64,000 nt of DNA from an uncultured candidate division Zixibacteria bacterium (GCA_963735035.1 CAVTJJ010000004.1:768001-832000), one strand, 5' to 3'. Positions 51,467 through 61,455 are shown, counted from the stretch's first letter. Notes: generated by a model not told the origin, from the letters alone. Numbers and translations are program-made.

Positions 51467-52666
51467 CCCTCCACCTTCGGCAACTCGCGCTCCAGCTCTT
51501 TGTCCTCGCGGAAACCCAGCACATAGTCGGCCTGCATCAGCGTGTGCATCTCGCGGGTACCCTCATAGATCGATGCCCCCTTCGAGTTGCGATAGAATCG
51601 CTCCACCGGATACTCATCCGAGAACCCATACGCCCCGAACACCTGCACCGCGTTCGCGGCGGACGGCTTCGGCCTCGCGGCAGGCGATCCACTTGGCCAG
51701 CGAGGTTTCTCGCGTGTTTCGCTTTCCCTGATTCTTCAACCAGCCCGCTTTCAGCCAGAGCAACTCCGACATCTCATACCCCGCCTCCATGTTGGCGATC
51801 ATCTGCTTGACCAACTGGTGCTCGGCGATATTCTGACCGAACGTCTTCCGCTCGAACGCATACTTCACACAGGCGTCGCGACAGGCACGAATCAACCCGC
51901 ACGACCCGGCCGCGACCGTGTAGCGCCCCTGATCGAGACAGAACATGGCGATCTTGAACCCCTGGCCTTCGCCGTAGACCAGATTTTCTTTCGGCACCCG
52001 GACATCCATGAACGCGATCTAGCCGGTATTGCCGGCGCGTACCCCCAGCTTGCCGTGGATCGTGGCGGTGGTCAGACCGGCCATGCCGCGCTCGACAATG
52101 AACGCCGACAGGCCGCTGTGGTCACGTTTCTTCTTCTTTTCGAGATCGGTCCAGGCGAAAACGAGGAAATAGTCGGCCATGTCCGCCAGCGAAATCCACA
52201 TCTTTTCGCCGTTCAGGACGTAATGGTTGCCGTCGCGTACCGCGGTCGTCTGAATCCCGACCACATCCGACCCGGCGGCGGGTTCGGTCAGGCCAAACGT
52301 GCCGAGTTTCTCGCCCTTGGCGCACGGCACCAGATACTTCTGCTTTTGCTCTTCGTTCGCCCAGGTCAGGATCGGGAGGGAGTAGAGGCCGATATGGACA
52401 GACAAAATAACCCGCGCGCCAGTATCTCCGTATTCGAGTTCCTCGGACGCCAGCCCTAGCGAAATATAGTCGGTTCCAAGGCCGCCGTACTGTTCGGGCA
52501 CACAGAATCCGAGCAGGTTGGCGTCGGCCATGGCGGGGATGAGGCCCGGGTTCGGTTTCTGGGCGCGGTCGTATTCGGTGATTTTGGGGATTACGACTTT
52601 GCGGGCGATTTCACGGGCGATGTCGCGCACCATCAACTGGTTTTCGGTGTACGAGAAGTCTATCAT
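51463..52666 (-). pseudogene. Acyl-CoA dehydrogenase with in-frame TAG (52019-21) and frameshift (~51662)
   Basis: [70 protein letters not shown]. Confidence 0.9.
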
Positions 52667-52722
52667 ACCAATTTGGTCTCCTTTTCGGTCGAGCCGAGGG
52701 CCGTAAGAGTGCCCGGTCCGCC

Positions 52723-52996
52723 GCGGCGGATCCACATCTGCCGGTTAATGACCTGCCGCTACAATTTGGTACCCCACAGCTTGCTGTGGGGCCGCTTGCT
52801 GGTCGCTGCCATATCGAACAACCCACAGCAAGCTGTGGGGTACCCATCTGCCCGGCCACCGTCGGCAATACCCAGGCCTGTCCGACTATACCAAGGGCCG
52901 CTATCAGGTGGCTGCCATATCAAACAACCCACAGCAAGCTGTGGGGTACCCATCTGCTCTCCCACCTTCGGCGAGCCCGAGGCCTGTCCGACTATA
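52723..52996. repeat. BIME-like REP mosaic with ~106-bp tandem duplication
   Basis: Family A palindrome at 52768 (forward), 52820 and 52926 (reverse). GCTGCCATATC...GGCCTGTCCGACTATA occurs twice. Confidence 0.8.
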
Positions 52997-53087
52997 GCAG
53001 AAACCATCGCGGCGGTCAATTGATCCCGCAGTTGCCCGGCCGATCCGATTTGCTTATACTGACCCCGTCGAAAGGTACACCGCATAC

Positions 53088-53567
53088 ATGGAAGATTACA
53101 CGCAAGTCAAGGCCGACCTCGTCCCGTACACGTCGGAATATGCCGGGGTGGTGCGGTCGTGGATCGAGTCGGAAGAGACCTATCAACTGGTCTGTCGCGG
53201 GATCAATTTCCCGCCGCCTGATGATGTGGTCGAAAGCTGGCAGCGCCAGGGAGTCAAATCGTACCTGTTGATCTCCAACCGGAAACCGGTCGCATACGGC
53301 GAGCTGTGGGAGCGGAAAGCAGAGCAGGCGGTCGAGGTCGCGCACGTGATTGTAGACACCTATCTGCGTTCGCGCGGCTACGGCAACAAGCTGCTGCAGC
53401 TTCTCTACAACCGCGCGTCGGAAGCGCCGGGGGTGCTGCACGTGTTGATCAATCTATACCATGAAGATTCCGAGGTGCTCGGCTGTTTTCTCAAGGCCGG
53501 GTTCGAAATTTCCGGGACCGCGACTCATGTCGAAGGTCTCCGGCTGGTCAGGAATGTGGAGAAATAA
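53088..53567 (+). CDS. GNAT family acetyltransferase
   Basis: VIVDTYLRSRGYGNKLL, KAGF. Confidence 0.85.
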   Translation: MEDYTQVKADLVPYTSEYAGVVRSWIESEETYQLVCRGINFPPPDDVVESWQRQGVKSYLLISNRKPVAYGELWERKAEQAVEVAHVIVDTYLRSRGYGNKLLQLLYNRASEAPGVLHVLINLYHEDSEVLGCFLKAGFEISGTATHVEGLRLVRNVEK

Positions 53568-53600
53568 CCGCTCCACCTCACTCTTAGACAGGAGTAAGAT

Positions 53601-54455
53601 ATGATCAAGAAAGTCGGTATAGTCGGATTCGGTCAAATGGGGTCAGGGATCGGGCAGGTGGCCGCGGGTAAAGGCTACGAAGTCATCGCGCGCGAAGTCA
53701 CCGACGACCTATTCAAGAAAGGCATCGGCTACATCACCAAGAATCTCGACAAGGCGATCGAGAAGGGGAAGACCGATGCCGCCCACAAGGCCGCCGTGCT
53801 GTCGCACATCAAAGGCACGACTAATCTCAAGGACCTCGCCGATTGCGATATCATCTGCGAGGCGGTGATCGAGAATCTCGACGCCAAGAAACAGGTCTAT
53901 CGGGACCTCGACAGCTTCTGCAAGCCGGAGACAATCTTTGCGTCGAATACATCGTCCCTGTCGATTTCCGACATGGCGGCGGTTACCAAACGTCCCGCGA
54001 AATTCTGCGGCCTTCATTTCTTCAATCCGGTTCCGATTATGAAGCTCTGCGAAGTGGTCAAGACGATTGACACGTCGGATGAGACTTACAAGGCCGCGTT
54101 CGGGTTTGCCGAATCGCTTGGGAAGGCGTGCGTGACGGCCAAAGATTCGCCGGGGTTTATTGTCAATGTGCTCCTCGTGCCGTATCTGCTTGATGCCATC
54201 CGCCAGTTGGAGCACGGATTGGCGTCGCGTGAAGACATCGACAACGGCATGGTGCACGGGTGCGGGCATCCGATGGGGCCGCTGGCGCTGACTGATTTCA
54301 TCGGGCTCGACACGATTCTGTATATTGCGGATATCATGTTCGACGAGTTCAAGGATTCGCACTATTCGGCGCCGCCGCTGTTGCGCCGGATGGTCAACGC
54401 CGGATACATGGGCAAGAAATCCGGTCGCGGGTTCTACGATTACGCGAGGAAGTAG
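53601..54455 (+). CDS. hbd: 3-hydroxybutyryl-CoA dehydrogenase
   Basis: GFGQMGSGI, EAVIE, ASNTSS, HFFNP, HPMGPL. Confidence 0.95.
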   Translation: MIKKVGIVGFGQMGSGIGQVAAGKGYEVIAREVTDDLFKKGIGYITKNLDKAIEKGKTDAAHKAAVLSHIKGTTNLKDLADCDIICEAVIENLDAKKQVYRDLDSFCKPETIFASNTSSLSISDMAAVTKRPAKFCGLHFFNPVPIMKLCEVVKTIDTSDETYKAAFGFAESLGKACVTAKDSPGFIVNVLLVPYLLDAIRQLEHGLASREDIDNGMVHGCGHPMGPLALTDFIGLDTILYIADIMFDEFKDSHYSAPPLLRRMVNAGYMGKKSGRGFYDYARK

Positions 54456-54460
54456 GCCGT

Positions 54461-54692
54461 TGCGTCAGAGCCTGCCCCCGGCTTGACCGGGGGTCCTGCG
54501 ACCGATCCGCCGAAGGCGGAGCGGGCGTGTGACCTGACGCATGACGGGGCAGTCGAGACCCCCCGATCAAGTCGGGGGCAGGCACTTGCCGCCCACCAAA
54601 AACGTGCCCGGCAGATGCCCACATCTGCCGGCTGAGAAAGCGTAGGTCGGGTTCACGAGCAACGAGCGAAACGAGACGCGAACTACCCGACA
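54461..54692. repeat. REP-like palindrome mosaic
   Basis: TGCGTCAG..CTGACGCA nested hairpin, CCCCGATCAAGTCGGGG, GGCAGATG..CATCTGCC (inverse copy at ~38254), GTAGGTCGGG..CCCGAC. Confidence 0.7.
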
Positions 54693-54731
54693 TTGAGGTC
54701 TGAGTCGCGGTTTCTCTGAGAGGGGTTCTGG

Positions 54732-55463
54732 ATGAATTGGAAGGAAGAGAAAGCCAAACTGCTTCTGGGGCACAAGCTTGAGAAGCAGCGCATCTACCTA
54801 AATCGCGCTCTTGCTGGCGCGGGGCTCGTGCTGGTTGGTATGTTTGCGTATATATTTGCTCCACAGTATGCAAGCAGATTCAAAGAGCACGAGATAAGGT
54901 TGAGCAAAGAAACAGAAATAGCTAAGGAAACCGAGTTGGAGTTTGCACGCCGCAGGCTTGATGCCATAAAATTGGTGGACAGCCTCTACAATGCGACGTA
55001 CATCTCGTTCAGGTTGGGTGCCCTTGGCTTTGGTAAAGACGTGATTGGAGAGAATGGGATCGATAGTCGTTCCCGGTTGGCCGAGGATGTAATGAGGCTG
55101 GGATCGGTGCTTCGGAGGGAAAAGTACTACCTAGGAGATGAATACTGGGATCGCGTCCACATGAGAAATCAGATTTTTCTATCTTTAGTAGATCACAGTG
55201 AGCTCTGGAATCAAAAAATAATAATAGACTTTGTCGAGTGGCTCAGCGATGACTTTGTTCACTTCACTGCTGCGGAGTTCGCGCGCCTGACTGGGTCTCC
55301 ACCACCGAAAGGGCCTTGGCCTGAGTACAAACTTATACAGACGGAAATGCCACGATCCAATGTAGCCGAAATGAAAGAGTCGAGTTTGAACTATCTCAAG
55401 ACCAACGTAATGGCTTGGGGTAAATTTATGGACTCGCTAGCAGCTGTGAGTGATAGCTTGTAA
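54732..55463 (+). CDS. Hypothetical protein with one N-terminal TM segment
   Basis: 243-aa ORF, more AT-rich, inserted between hbd and crt. Confidence 0.6.
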   Translation: MNWKEEKAKLLLGHKLEKQRIYLNRALAGAGLVLVGMFAYIFAPQYASRFKEHEIRLSKETEIAKETELEFARRRLDAIKLVDSLYNATYISFRLGALGFGKDVIGENGIDSRSRLAEDVMRLGSVLRREKYYLGDEYWDRVHMRNQIFLSLVDHSELWNQKIIIDFVEWLSDDFVHFTAAEFARLTGSPPPKGPWPEYKLIQTEMPRSNVAEMKESSLNYLKTNVMAWGKFMDSLAAVSDSL

Positions 55464-55513
55464 TTCGTGAAACATTTGTTACATACGTATATAGAACTAA
55501 TGAAGGAACCAAT

Positions 55514-56296
55514 ATGGCTGACTATCAAAATATCCTGATCGAGAAGAAAGGGCCCGCGATCGTCCTCACGATCAATCGCGAGAAAGCTATGAACGCCCTC
55601 AACCGCGATACAGTCGGTGAGTTGCATCATTTCATTACTTCCCACTGGAATGACAACACATCTTCCGTGCTGATCATCACCGGTGCCGGAAAAGCATTTG
55701 TCGCCGGAGCCGATATCGCCGAGCTCAAAGACCTCGATGTTCAGGGTGGGATTGACCTCTCCGCGCGAGGCAATTGGCTCTTCAAGAGCATTCAGAATTT
55801 CCCCAAGCCGGTTATTGCGGCCGTCAACGGGTTCGCGCTCGGGGGAGGGTGTGAGCTTGCTCTCGCCTGTGACATCCGGCTGGCGTCGGAGAAGGCCCGG
55901 TTCGGACAGCCCGAAGTCAATCTGGGCATTATCCCCGGCTACGGCGGCACGCAGCGTCTGGCGCGGCTGGTCGGACGGGGGAAGGCGATGCAGATGATCC
56001 TCACCGGCGACATGATCTCCGCCACCGAGGCGCATCGGATCGGTCTCGTCGACGAAATCTATCCGCCTGAAGAACTGCTGAACAAGGCGCTCGAAATGGC
56101 CAATACGATAGCGTCCAAAGGACCGATAGCCGTGCGTCTGGCAAAAGAGTGCATCAACCGTGGGTTGGATATGCCGCTTTCGAACGGTCTTGATTTCGAG
56201 AAAGTCAATTTCGGCGCAGTATGCGGGAGCTCGGACAAGACCGAAGGATGTGGCGCGTTTCTGGAGAAGCGCAAGGCGGAGTTCAAAGGGAAGTAG
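55514..56296 (+). CDS. crt: Enoyl-CoA hydratase (crotonase)
   Basis: AFVAGADI, ALGGGCEL, GQPEVNLGIIPGYGGTQRL. Confidence 0.93.
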   Translation: MADYQNILIEKKGPAIVLTINREKAMNALNRDTVGELHHFITSHWNDNTSSVLIITGAGKAFVAGADIAELKDLDVQGGIDLSARGNWLFKSIQNFPKPVIAAVNGFALGGGCELALACDIRLASEKARFGQPEVNLGIIPGYGGTQRLARLVGRGKAMQMILTGDMISATEAHRIGLVDEIYPPEELLNKALEMANTIASKGPIAVRLAKECINRGLDMPLSNGLDFEKVNFGAVCGSSDKTEGCGAFLEKRKAEFKGK

Positions 56297-56303
56297 GGCT
56301 CTT

Positions 56304-56426
56304 GTAGGGCGGGTCTGCTTCAAACCCGCCACGGCACCGCCATTTTGTGCCGTCAGACGTCTCTGCCTGACGGCCTATGTGACAAGGCGTCAGGTCACAC
56401 CCGCTGCGCGGGCAGGACCTGACGCA
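56304..56426. repeat. REP-like palindrome cluster
   Basis: Family B copy GTAGGGCGGGTCTGCTTCAAACCCGCCA plus GTCAG..CTGAC hairpins. Confidence 0.7.
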
Positions 56427-56485
56427 ACCTATATCGGTGAATCGACGGATAGCATCACTTGAATGAGTTACGGACAGGAGTATCG

Positions 56486-57019
56486 ATGAAGAAATTGGCT
56501 GCTGCCCCGGCCTGGCTGGTGTTTCTGGCGTTCATAGCGCTGCCGCTATTATCGCACAAGCTGGTTGCACTTTGTGCTAACCAATTCACCTTGTCTGGCG
56601 CGAATGCGTCGATCATAGTCCTCTTTCTTTCGGCCGTCCTGCCGGGGGTGTGGTGGTTGTGTCAGGGATTTGTTCTGCATAAGTCGATTGACCTCACCCA
56701 CAAACCAAGCTTAGCGGCGCTGGCCGTCTTCTCGCTGATTCTTCCAGTGGCGATGCGGTTGTCCGGCATTCTCTTCTGGAAGACGCTGGGTAGCGGCGAG
56801 TACGCTTTGTTGTTTTCGATCCTGGTAGGGGTAGTGACTGTCGGGTCTTTTGTATATGTGATGTATTTCTTGTCGAAGTGTCTTGTGATCGCCGAGAAAC
56901 GACTCGACATTATCTTCATGGACTACTTTGAGACGTTTCTGCTGTTCCTGTTCTACCCGGTTGGTATCTGGTGGCTGCAGCCGAGAGTGAAGAAAGTGTT
57001 GACCGATAACAGGCCGTAA
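56486..57019 (+). CDS. Hypothetical multi-pass membrane protein
   Basis: AGGAG RBS, about five hydrophobic segments, C-terminal YPVGIWWLQPRV. Confidence 0.7.
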   Translation: MKKLAAAPAWLVFLAFIALPLLSHKLVALCANQFTLSGANASIIVLFLSAVLPGVWWLCQGFVLHKSIDLTHKPSLAALAVFSLILPVAMRLSGILFWKTLGSGEYALLFSILVGVVTVGSFVYVMYFLSKCLVIAEKRLDIIFMDYFETFLLFLFYPVGIWWLQPRVKKVLTDNRP

Positions 57020-57070
57020 TAGTTAGAAACCTCAAGTGGACAATTTCCGTTAGACAAGCATGAGGTCAGA

Positions 57071-57964
57071 ATGAATCTCACACGTAAAGCAATACTGGTC
57101 ATGACAATTTCAATCCTCACCGGTTGTGGTGCGAAACAAACGCCTCCCGATCCGATGGTCCTGGTCGTCAATGAACGTTCTTTCGCGGCAGCCGCCGCTG
57201 AAAAAGGGATGCGCGACGCTTTCATCGAGTTTTCCTCCGATGACGCCGTCATGTTCGCGCCCGAGGCGGTTCGGGTCAAGGAACATTATCAAAATGCATC
57301 CAAGCGCCCCGGCCTGCTTTCCTGGCAGCCCATCTATGCGGAAATAGCCTCAGGCGGCGATATGGGCTGGACCACCGGCCCGTGGGAATATCGCCCCCAG
57401 ACCGCCAATGATACCCCGGTGGCGTGGGGGGAATACAACACGATCTGGCAACGTCAGGCCGATTCAACCTGGAAATTTGTCCTGGATTTCGGCACCGCCC
57501 ACGGCCCGCATCAAGGCCAACCGCCGCAACTGGTGCTTAAGGCGCTCGATTTCCCCGAACAGAAGAACCGCGTAGCCACCAATGTAGGGCGTGAAGAGCT
57601 AATCCAGCTTGAATATACGTTCAGCTCGGCGTCAGCGTCCGAGGGACCCACCGCCGCTTACCTGGCACGCATTTCTGATGACATCCGCATATATCGTATC
57701 GGCGAGCCTCCGGCGCAGGGTGTGAACGCGGCCTCAGCATTTCTCGGCTCTGTTGATGGAACCATGACCTGGAAAGTGCAGCACGCCGACGTGTCCGCCA
57801 ATTCCGATCTAGGCTATACGTTCGGTGTGACCACACTGGCCGCTCCTCAAGGAACATTCCAGTTCAGCTTCATGCACATCTGGCGGCGAAACGTCGCCGG
57901 CCTCTGGAAGCTGGCTCTCGATATACAAATACCCCTCCTTAGTGAACAGGAGAAAAAGCCATGA
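57071..57964 (+). CDS. Tandem NTF2/DUF4440-like lipoprotein
   Basis: Lipobox LTGC; two repeats (SGGDMGWTTG..WKFVLD; NSDLGYTFG..WKLALD). Confidence 0.8.
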   Translation: MNLTRKAILVMTISILTGCGAKQTPPDPMVLVVNERSFAAAAAEKGMRDAFIEFSSDDAVMFAPEAVRVKEHYQNASKRPGLLSWQPIYAEIASGGDMGWTTGPWEYRPQTANDTPVAWGEYNTIWQRQADSTWKFVLDFGTAHGPHQGQPPQLVLKALDFPEQKNRVATNVGREELIQLEYTFSSASASEGPTAAYLARISDDIRIYRIGEPPAQGVNAASAFLGSVDGTMTWKVQHADVSANSDLGYTFGVTTLAAPQGTFQFSFMHIWRRNVAGLWKLALDIQIPLLSEQEKKP

Positions 57965-58449
57965 GTCCCGACAAGTTGATTGTCGATTTTGCCGCGGGTT
58001 ACGACCGCCTCAAGACTGTTCTCGATCAGACCCCGAAAGAGGCCTACGACTATCGCCCGTCGCCGAACGCCTGGACGGTCCGCGAAATCATCCACCACAT
58101 GCCCGACAGTGAGGCGAGCGCCTATGTCCGGTGCCGGAAGATCATCGCCGAGAGCGGAGTCTCGGTGGAAGTATACGATCAGGATGTCTGGACGGAGAAG
58201 TTGAAGTACGGCTCACGCGATATATGGCACTGTCTCGAGCTGTTTCGTCTGATGCGGTTGGACACGGTCGATCTGCTCCGGACGGTCGAGCCGAAAGTCT
58301 GGGCCGAGAACTTCATCATGCATCCTGAGCACGGCAAGATGACGCTTATGGAATGGCTGGAGATCTATGCCCGTCACGCCGACAGCCATGCGGGCCAGAT
58401 CAAGCGCAATGTCGAGGCCTGGGAGAAGGCCGGCCAGCCGAAGGGGTAG
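57961..58449 (+). CDS. DinB family protein
   Basis: WTVREIIHHMPDSE, HPEHG, HADSHAGQI. Confidence 0.88.
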   Translation: MSPDKLIVDFAAGYDRLKTVLDQTPKEAYDYRPSPNAWTVREIIHHMPDSEASAYVRCRKIIAESGVSVEVYDQDVWTEKLKYGSRDIWHCLELFRLMRLDTVDLLRTVEPKVWAENFIMHPEHGKMTLMEWLEIYARHADSHAGQIKRNVEAWEKAGQPKG

Positions 58450-58454
58450 TAAGT

Positions 58455-58925
58455 CTATCTGATTACTGCGCGCAGCAGTGCCAGCTTCTTCACGTGACGG
58501 ACTGAATCCGCGGTTGTAGTATCACGGGTCAGCCGCAAAGTATCGGTCGTCTGATCCAACTCGAAGAACCCGCGAGGGTAGAGCGATGTATCGCTGCAAC
58601 TGTCGGCCGAGTTGGGAGGCACGCTCGTGAAGGTCACTCCTTTGCTCAGAGTGTACTTGCCGATGAAATCACATACAACTCGCAATGACTCGGCTACGCC
58701 CGGAGTCAGTTCGACGCTGAATTCTGGTTTTCGGAATTCGACATAGATTGGCTGTGACATCAGCCGAACCGTGTCAGTTGCGGAATGGATTTCTGTGATT
58801 CTATAGCTGCCAAGATAGTTGCCGTTGAGCGACGGTGGTAGAGGGCAATCCGGACAGTCATTGCACTCTATGCCGAGAGAAAGGATGCCTCCCAAAAGAA
58901 CTAAGAGAAGAGCTGGCTTTTTCAC
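58455..58925 (-). CDS. Hypothetical exported/lipoprotein
   Basis: AGGAGG RBS, GTG start, signal peptide followed by Cys. Confidence 0.65.
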   Translation of the reverse strand: MKKPALLLVLLGGILSLGIECNDCPDCPLPPSLNGNYLGSYRITEIHSATDTVRLMSQPIYVEFRKPEFSVELTPGVAESLRVVCDFIGKYTLSKGVTFTSVPPNSADSCSDTSLYPRGFFELDQTTDTLRLTRDTTTADSVRHVKKLALLRAVIR

Positions 58926-59041
58926 TATTCAACCTCCTATGTGCCCCATAAGAATGACGCCTCGGCTATGGTCCTTGTTCATTGCAAAGTAATACAACTT
59001 AGGCTGGAATCCGGCTCGAATTCAAGCTATAATTGGCCTGT

Positions 59042-59680
59042 ATGGAACTGCTTGCCCTGTTCTTGAACTCCTTCGTCATCGGCTTCTCCGGCGCCATGAT
59101 GCCCGGCCCGCTGTTGGCAGTCGATCTCGCCGAAACCCCCCGCCATGGCTGGCGCACCGGACCGGTTATTACGATCGGTCACGCCATTGCTGAAATCGGC
59201 GTCGTGGTCGTGCTGGCGCTCGGAGTCGCAGCGATAGCGTCACACCCGGCGGTCGCACGCACAATCGGTGTAGTCGGCGGCTTGGCGCTGCTCTTAATGG
59301 GCGCTACGATGGCGTACGATACGCTCCGAAAGCGGATCAGCTACGACGTTGCCTCCTCCGGCAAACCGGCCGGATACAAGCTGGCCGGGAAGGGGCTGAC
59401 CGCGACCATGTCCAACCCGTACTGGTTTGTCTGGTGGGTGACAGTCGGTCTGGCGCTTCTGGTAAAGGCGCAGGAGTTCGGCTGGATTGGCCCGGTGGTC
59501 TTCTATTTTGGCCACATCCTGTCGGACCTGGTCTGGTACACGGTGGTGTCGGTGCTCTTGTGGAACGGCCGCAAGCTGTTCATGGGGACCGGCCTGAAAG
59601 TGTTGCTTCTGGTCTGTGCGGTGTTTCTCTTGTACCTGGGCGGGAAATTCATCTTCGACGGCATAACGGGGAATATGTAG
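59042..59680 (+). CDS. LysE family translocator
   Basis: GAMMPGP, GHAIAE, NPYWFVWW, GHILSD. Confidence 0.9.
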   Translation: MELLALFLNSFVIGFSGAMMPGPLLAVDLAETPRHGWRTGPVITIGHAIAEIGVVVVLALGVAAIASHPAVARTIGVVGGLALLLMGATMAYDTLRKRISYDVASSGKPAGYKLAGKGLTATMSNPYWFVWWVTVGLALLVKAQEFGWIGPVVFYFGHILSDLVWYTVVSVLLWNGRKLFMGTGLKVLLLVCAVFLLYLGGKFIFDGITGNM

Positions 59681-59848
59681 CTGGTAAGTCACCCTTCGGG
59701 TGGGATTACGTTCTAATAGGAAGATCATACGTGATCGGCAGGGTTCCAACCCTGCCGAAATCAGAAGCGGCAGGCACGGAGGCCTGCCGATCAAAGTGAA
59801 TGGTACTCCATGGCTTGCCACGGGATCGCTGATTTCGTAGAATTACTC

Positions 59849-60328
59849 ATGAACTTCACCATCCGCTCCGCCGAAGACAGAGACCGCTCCTGGATGTTCG
59901 GTATTATTCAGGGCTGGGGGGCTAATTTCATCGTCTCGCGTGGCCGCAAGATATTCGCTGCAGAACTGCCGGCGTTTCTGGCCGAGGGTACCGACGGCTC
60001 CAAACACGGTATAGTCACCTACGAAATCATCGGCGACCAGTGCGAGATTGTCACCCTCGACGCCTTCACGAAATTCGCCGGGATCGGCACGGCGCTGACG
60101 AAGCGCGTGATCGATACCGCCCGGGCAGCCGGGTGCCGTCGCGTCTGGGTGATAACCACGAACGACAATCTCGACGCTATCCGGTTCTACCAGAAGCGCG
60201 GCTTCACGATAGCGGCCGTCCACGTGGGAGCGATTGCGCATTCGCGGACGCTGAAGCCGTCGATACCGCTGATCGGCAACTACGGCATCCCAATCCGAGA
60301 CGAGATCGAGTTTGAGATGCAGGTGTAG
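59849..60328 (+). CDS. GNAT family acetyltransferase
   Basis: GIGTAL, ITTNDNLDAIRFYQKRGF. Confidence 0.9.
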   Translation: MNFTIRSAEDRDRSWMFGIIQGWGANFIVSRGRKIFAAELPAFLAEGTDGSKHGIVTYEIIGDQCEIVTLDAFTKFAGIGTALTKRVIDTARAAGCRRVWVITTNDNLDAIRFYQKRGFTIAAVHVGAIAHSRTLKPSIPLIGNYGIPIRDEIEFEMQV

Positions 60329-60466
60329 GGGAGACTTGCTGAGAAATTTATCAAACTAGGCGCAACCTACCAGAGATCACATTTGCTGTTCTCGTGCTTG
60401 ACTTCTCACTCGCGCACTTTGTAGATTGTGTCCGGAAACTATACGTTTCGTTTCTTGGGGTTGGTC

Positions 60467-61243
60467 TTGAAGTATCGAATGTACATCGACGAAGTAGGGA
60501 ATCCCGATCTATTCAGTTCAGATAACCCGAACCACCGTTTTCTCAGTCTTACAGGCGTTGTCATAGAGTTGGGGTATGTTGGCTTGACGGTTCACCCGGA
60601 GATGGAAGCGCTCAAGCGCCGATTCTTTGGTGCGCACCCTGATGACCCGATCATTCTTCATCGAAAGGAGATCGTCAATGCGAAACCACCGTTTCAATCA
60701 TTGTTAGATACTGAGGTCCGTCGTGAGTTCGACGACGAATTGCTGCGGTTGCTCGCGTCATGGGATTACACGGTGATAACTGTCTGTATCGACAAGAAGC
60801 GTCACAGGGAGAAGTACAAAACATGGCAGTACGACCCGTACCATTACGGCCTAGAGATGCTTCTAGAGAGATTCGTGTTCTTTCTCAATCGGAGGAGTGC
60901 GAAGGGGGATGTTCTTGCAGAATCACGTGGTGGGAAAGAGGACAGAAGGCTCAAAGACTCCTTCGCTAGGCTCTGGGATCGCGGTTCCGATTACGTTGAT
61001 CACAAGCAGTTTGAAGAGGCTCTTACAAGCAAGGAACTCAAGGTGAAGCCAAAGGCCAATAACATTGCCGGACTCCAATTGACGGACTTGGTGGCTCACC
61101 CTAGCCGAAACGAGATCTTGCACGACAATGGGCTTTTTGATAAGGAGTTTCCCCCGTTTGCTCGGTCCGTCATCGCCATTCTGGCCACGAAGTACGATCA
61201 GCGTGACGGACGAGTATTTGGCAAGAAATTGCTTCCGAAATGA
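60467..61243 (+). CDS. DUF3800 family protein (RNase H-like fold)
   Basis: N-terminal YIDEVG, LHRKEI, LLERF, AESRG..ED, C-terminal GLQLTDLVA. Start could be 60428, 60467 or 60479. Confidence 0.88.
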   Translation: MKYRMYIDEVGNPDLFSSDNPNHRFLSLTGVVIELGYVGLTVHPEMEALKRRFFGAHPDDPIILHRKEIVNAKPPFQSLLDTEVRREFDDELLRLLASWDYTVITVCIDKKRHREKYKTWQYDPYHYGLEMLLERFVFFLNRRSAKGDVLAESRGGKEDRRLKDSFARLWDRGSDYVDHKQFEEALTSKELKVKPKANNIAGLQLTDLVAHPSRNEILHDNGLFDKEFPPFARSVIAILATKYDQRDGRVFGKKLLPK

Positions 61244-61300
61244 AAAAGGCCCTTTCGGGCCCGATGGCTTTCGCCATCCACCTCCACTTACATGGATTAA
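61243..61300 (-). ncRNA. Candidate DUF3800-associated structured RNA, three GNRA-capped hairpins ending in a terminator
   Basis: Minus strand UCCAU-GUAA-GUGGA GGUG GAUGGC-GAAA-GCCAUC GGGCCC-GAAA-GGGCCU UUUU. Confidence 0.75.
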
Positions 61301-61303
61301 CAA

Positions 61304-61333
61304 CAAATAATCGGCAACAAACACCGTTGTCAA
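61304..61333 (-). promoter_or_regulatory. Sigma-70-like promoter for the candidate ncRNA
   Basis: TTGACA (61333-28) then ...GCCGATTATTTG, resembling the atp promoter's GCCGATATATTTG. The -10 is imperfect. Confidence 0.55.
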
Positions 61334-61455
61334 TACCTATTTCTTGACCTAAATCGCTGGCGAATTCGAGCAAGGCAAAACCCCGTTGACACTGCCGCCT
61401 CACTCGCCTTTAATGTGAGGCACAATAAAGCTGAATAGTCCGTTATTACCGTTAG

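Noticed and set aside
52019..52021. Amber recoding or pyrrolysine
   Set aside because: TAG ends many intact genes here (hprK, atpA, glmS, crt), no pyl genes are seen, and the same gene also has a frameshift.
52768..52996. CRISPR array from repeated CCCACAGCAAGCTGTGGGG
   Set aside because: Copies are in mixed orientation, the intervening sequences are themselves duplicated, the family is dispersed and there are no cas genes; it is REP/BIME-like.
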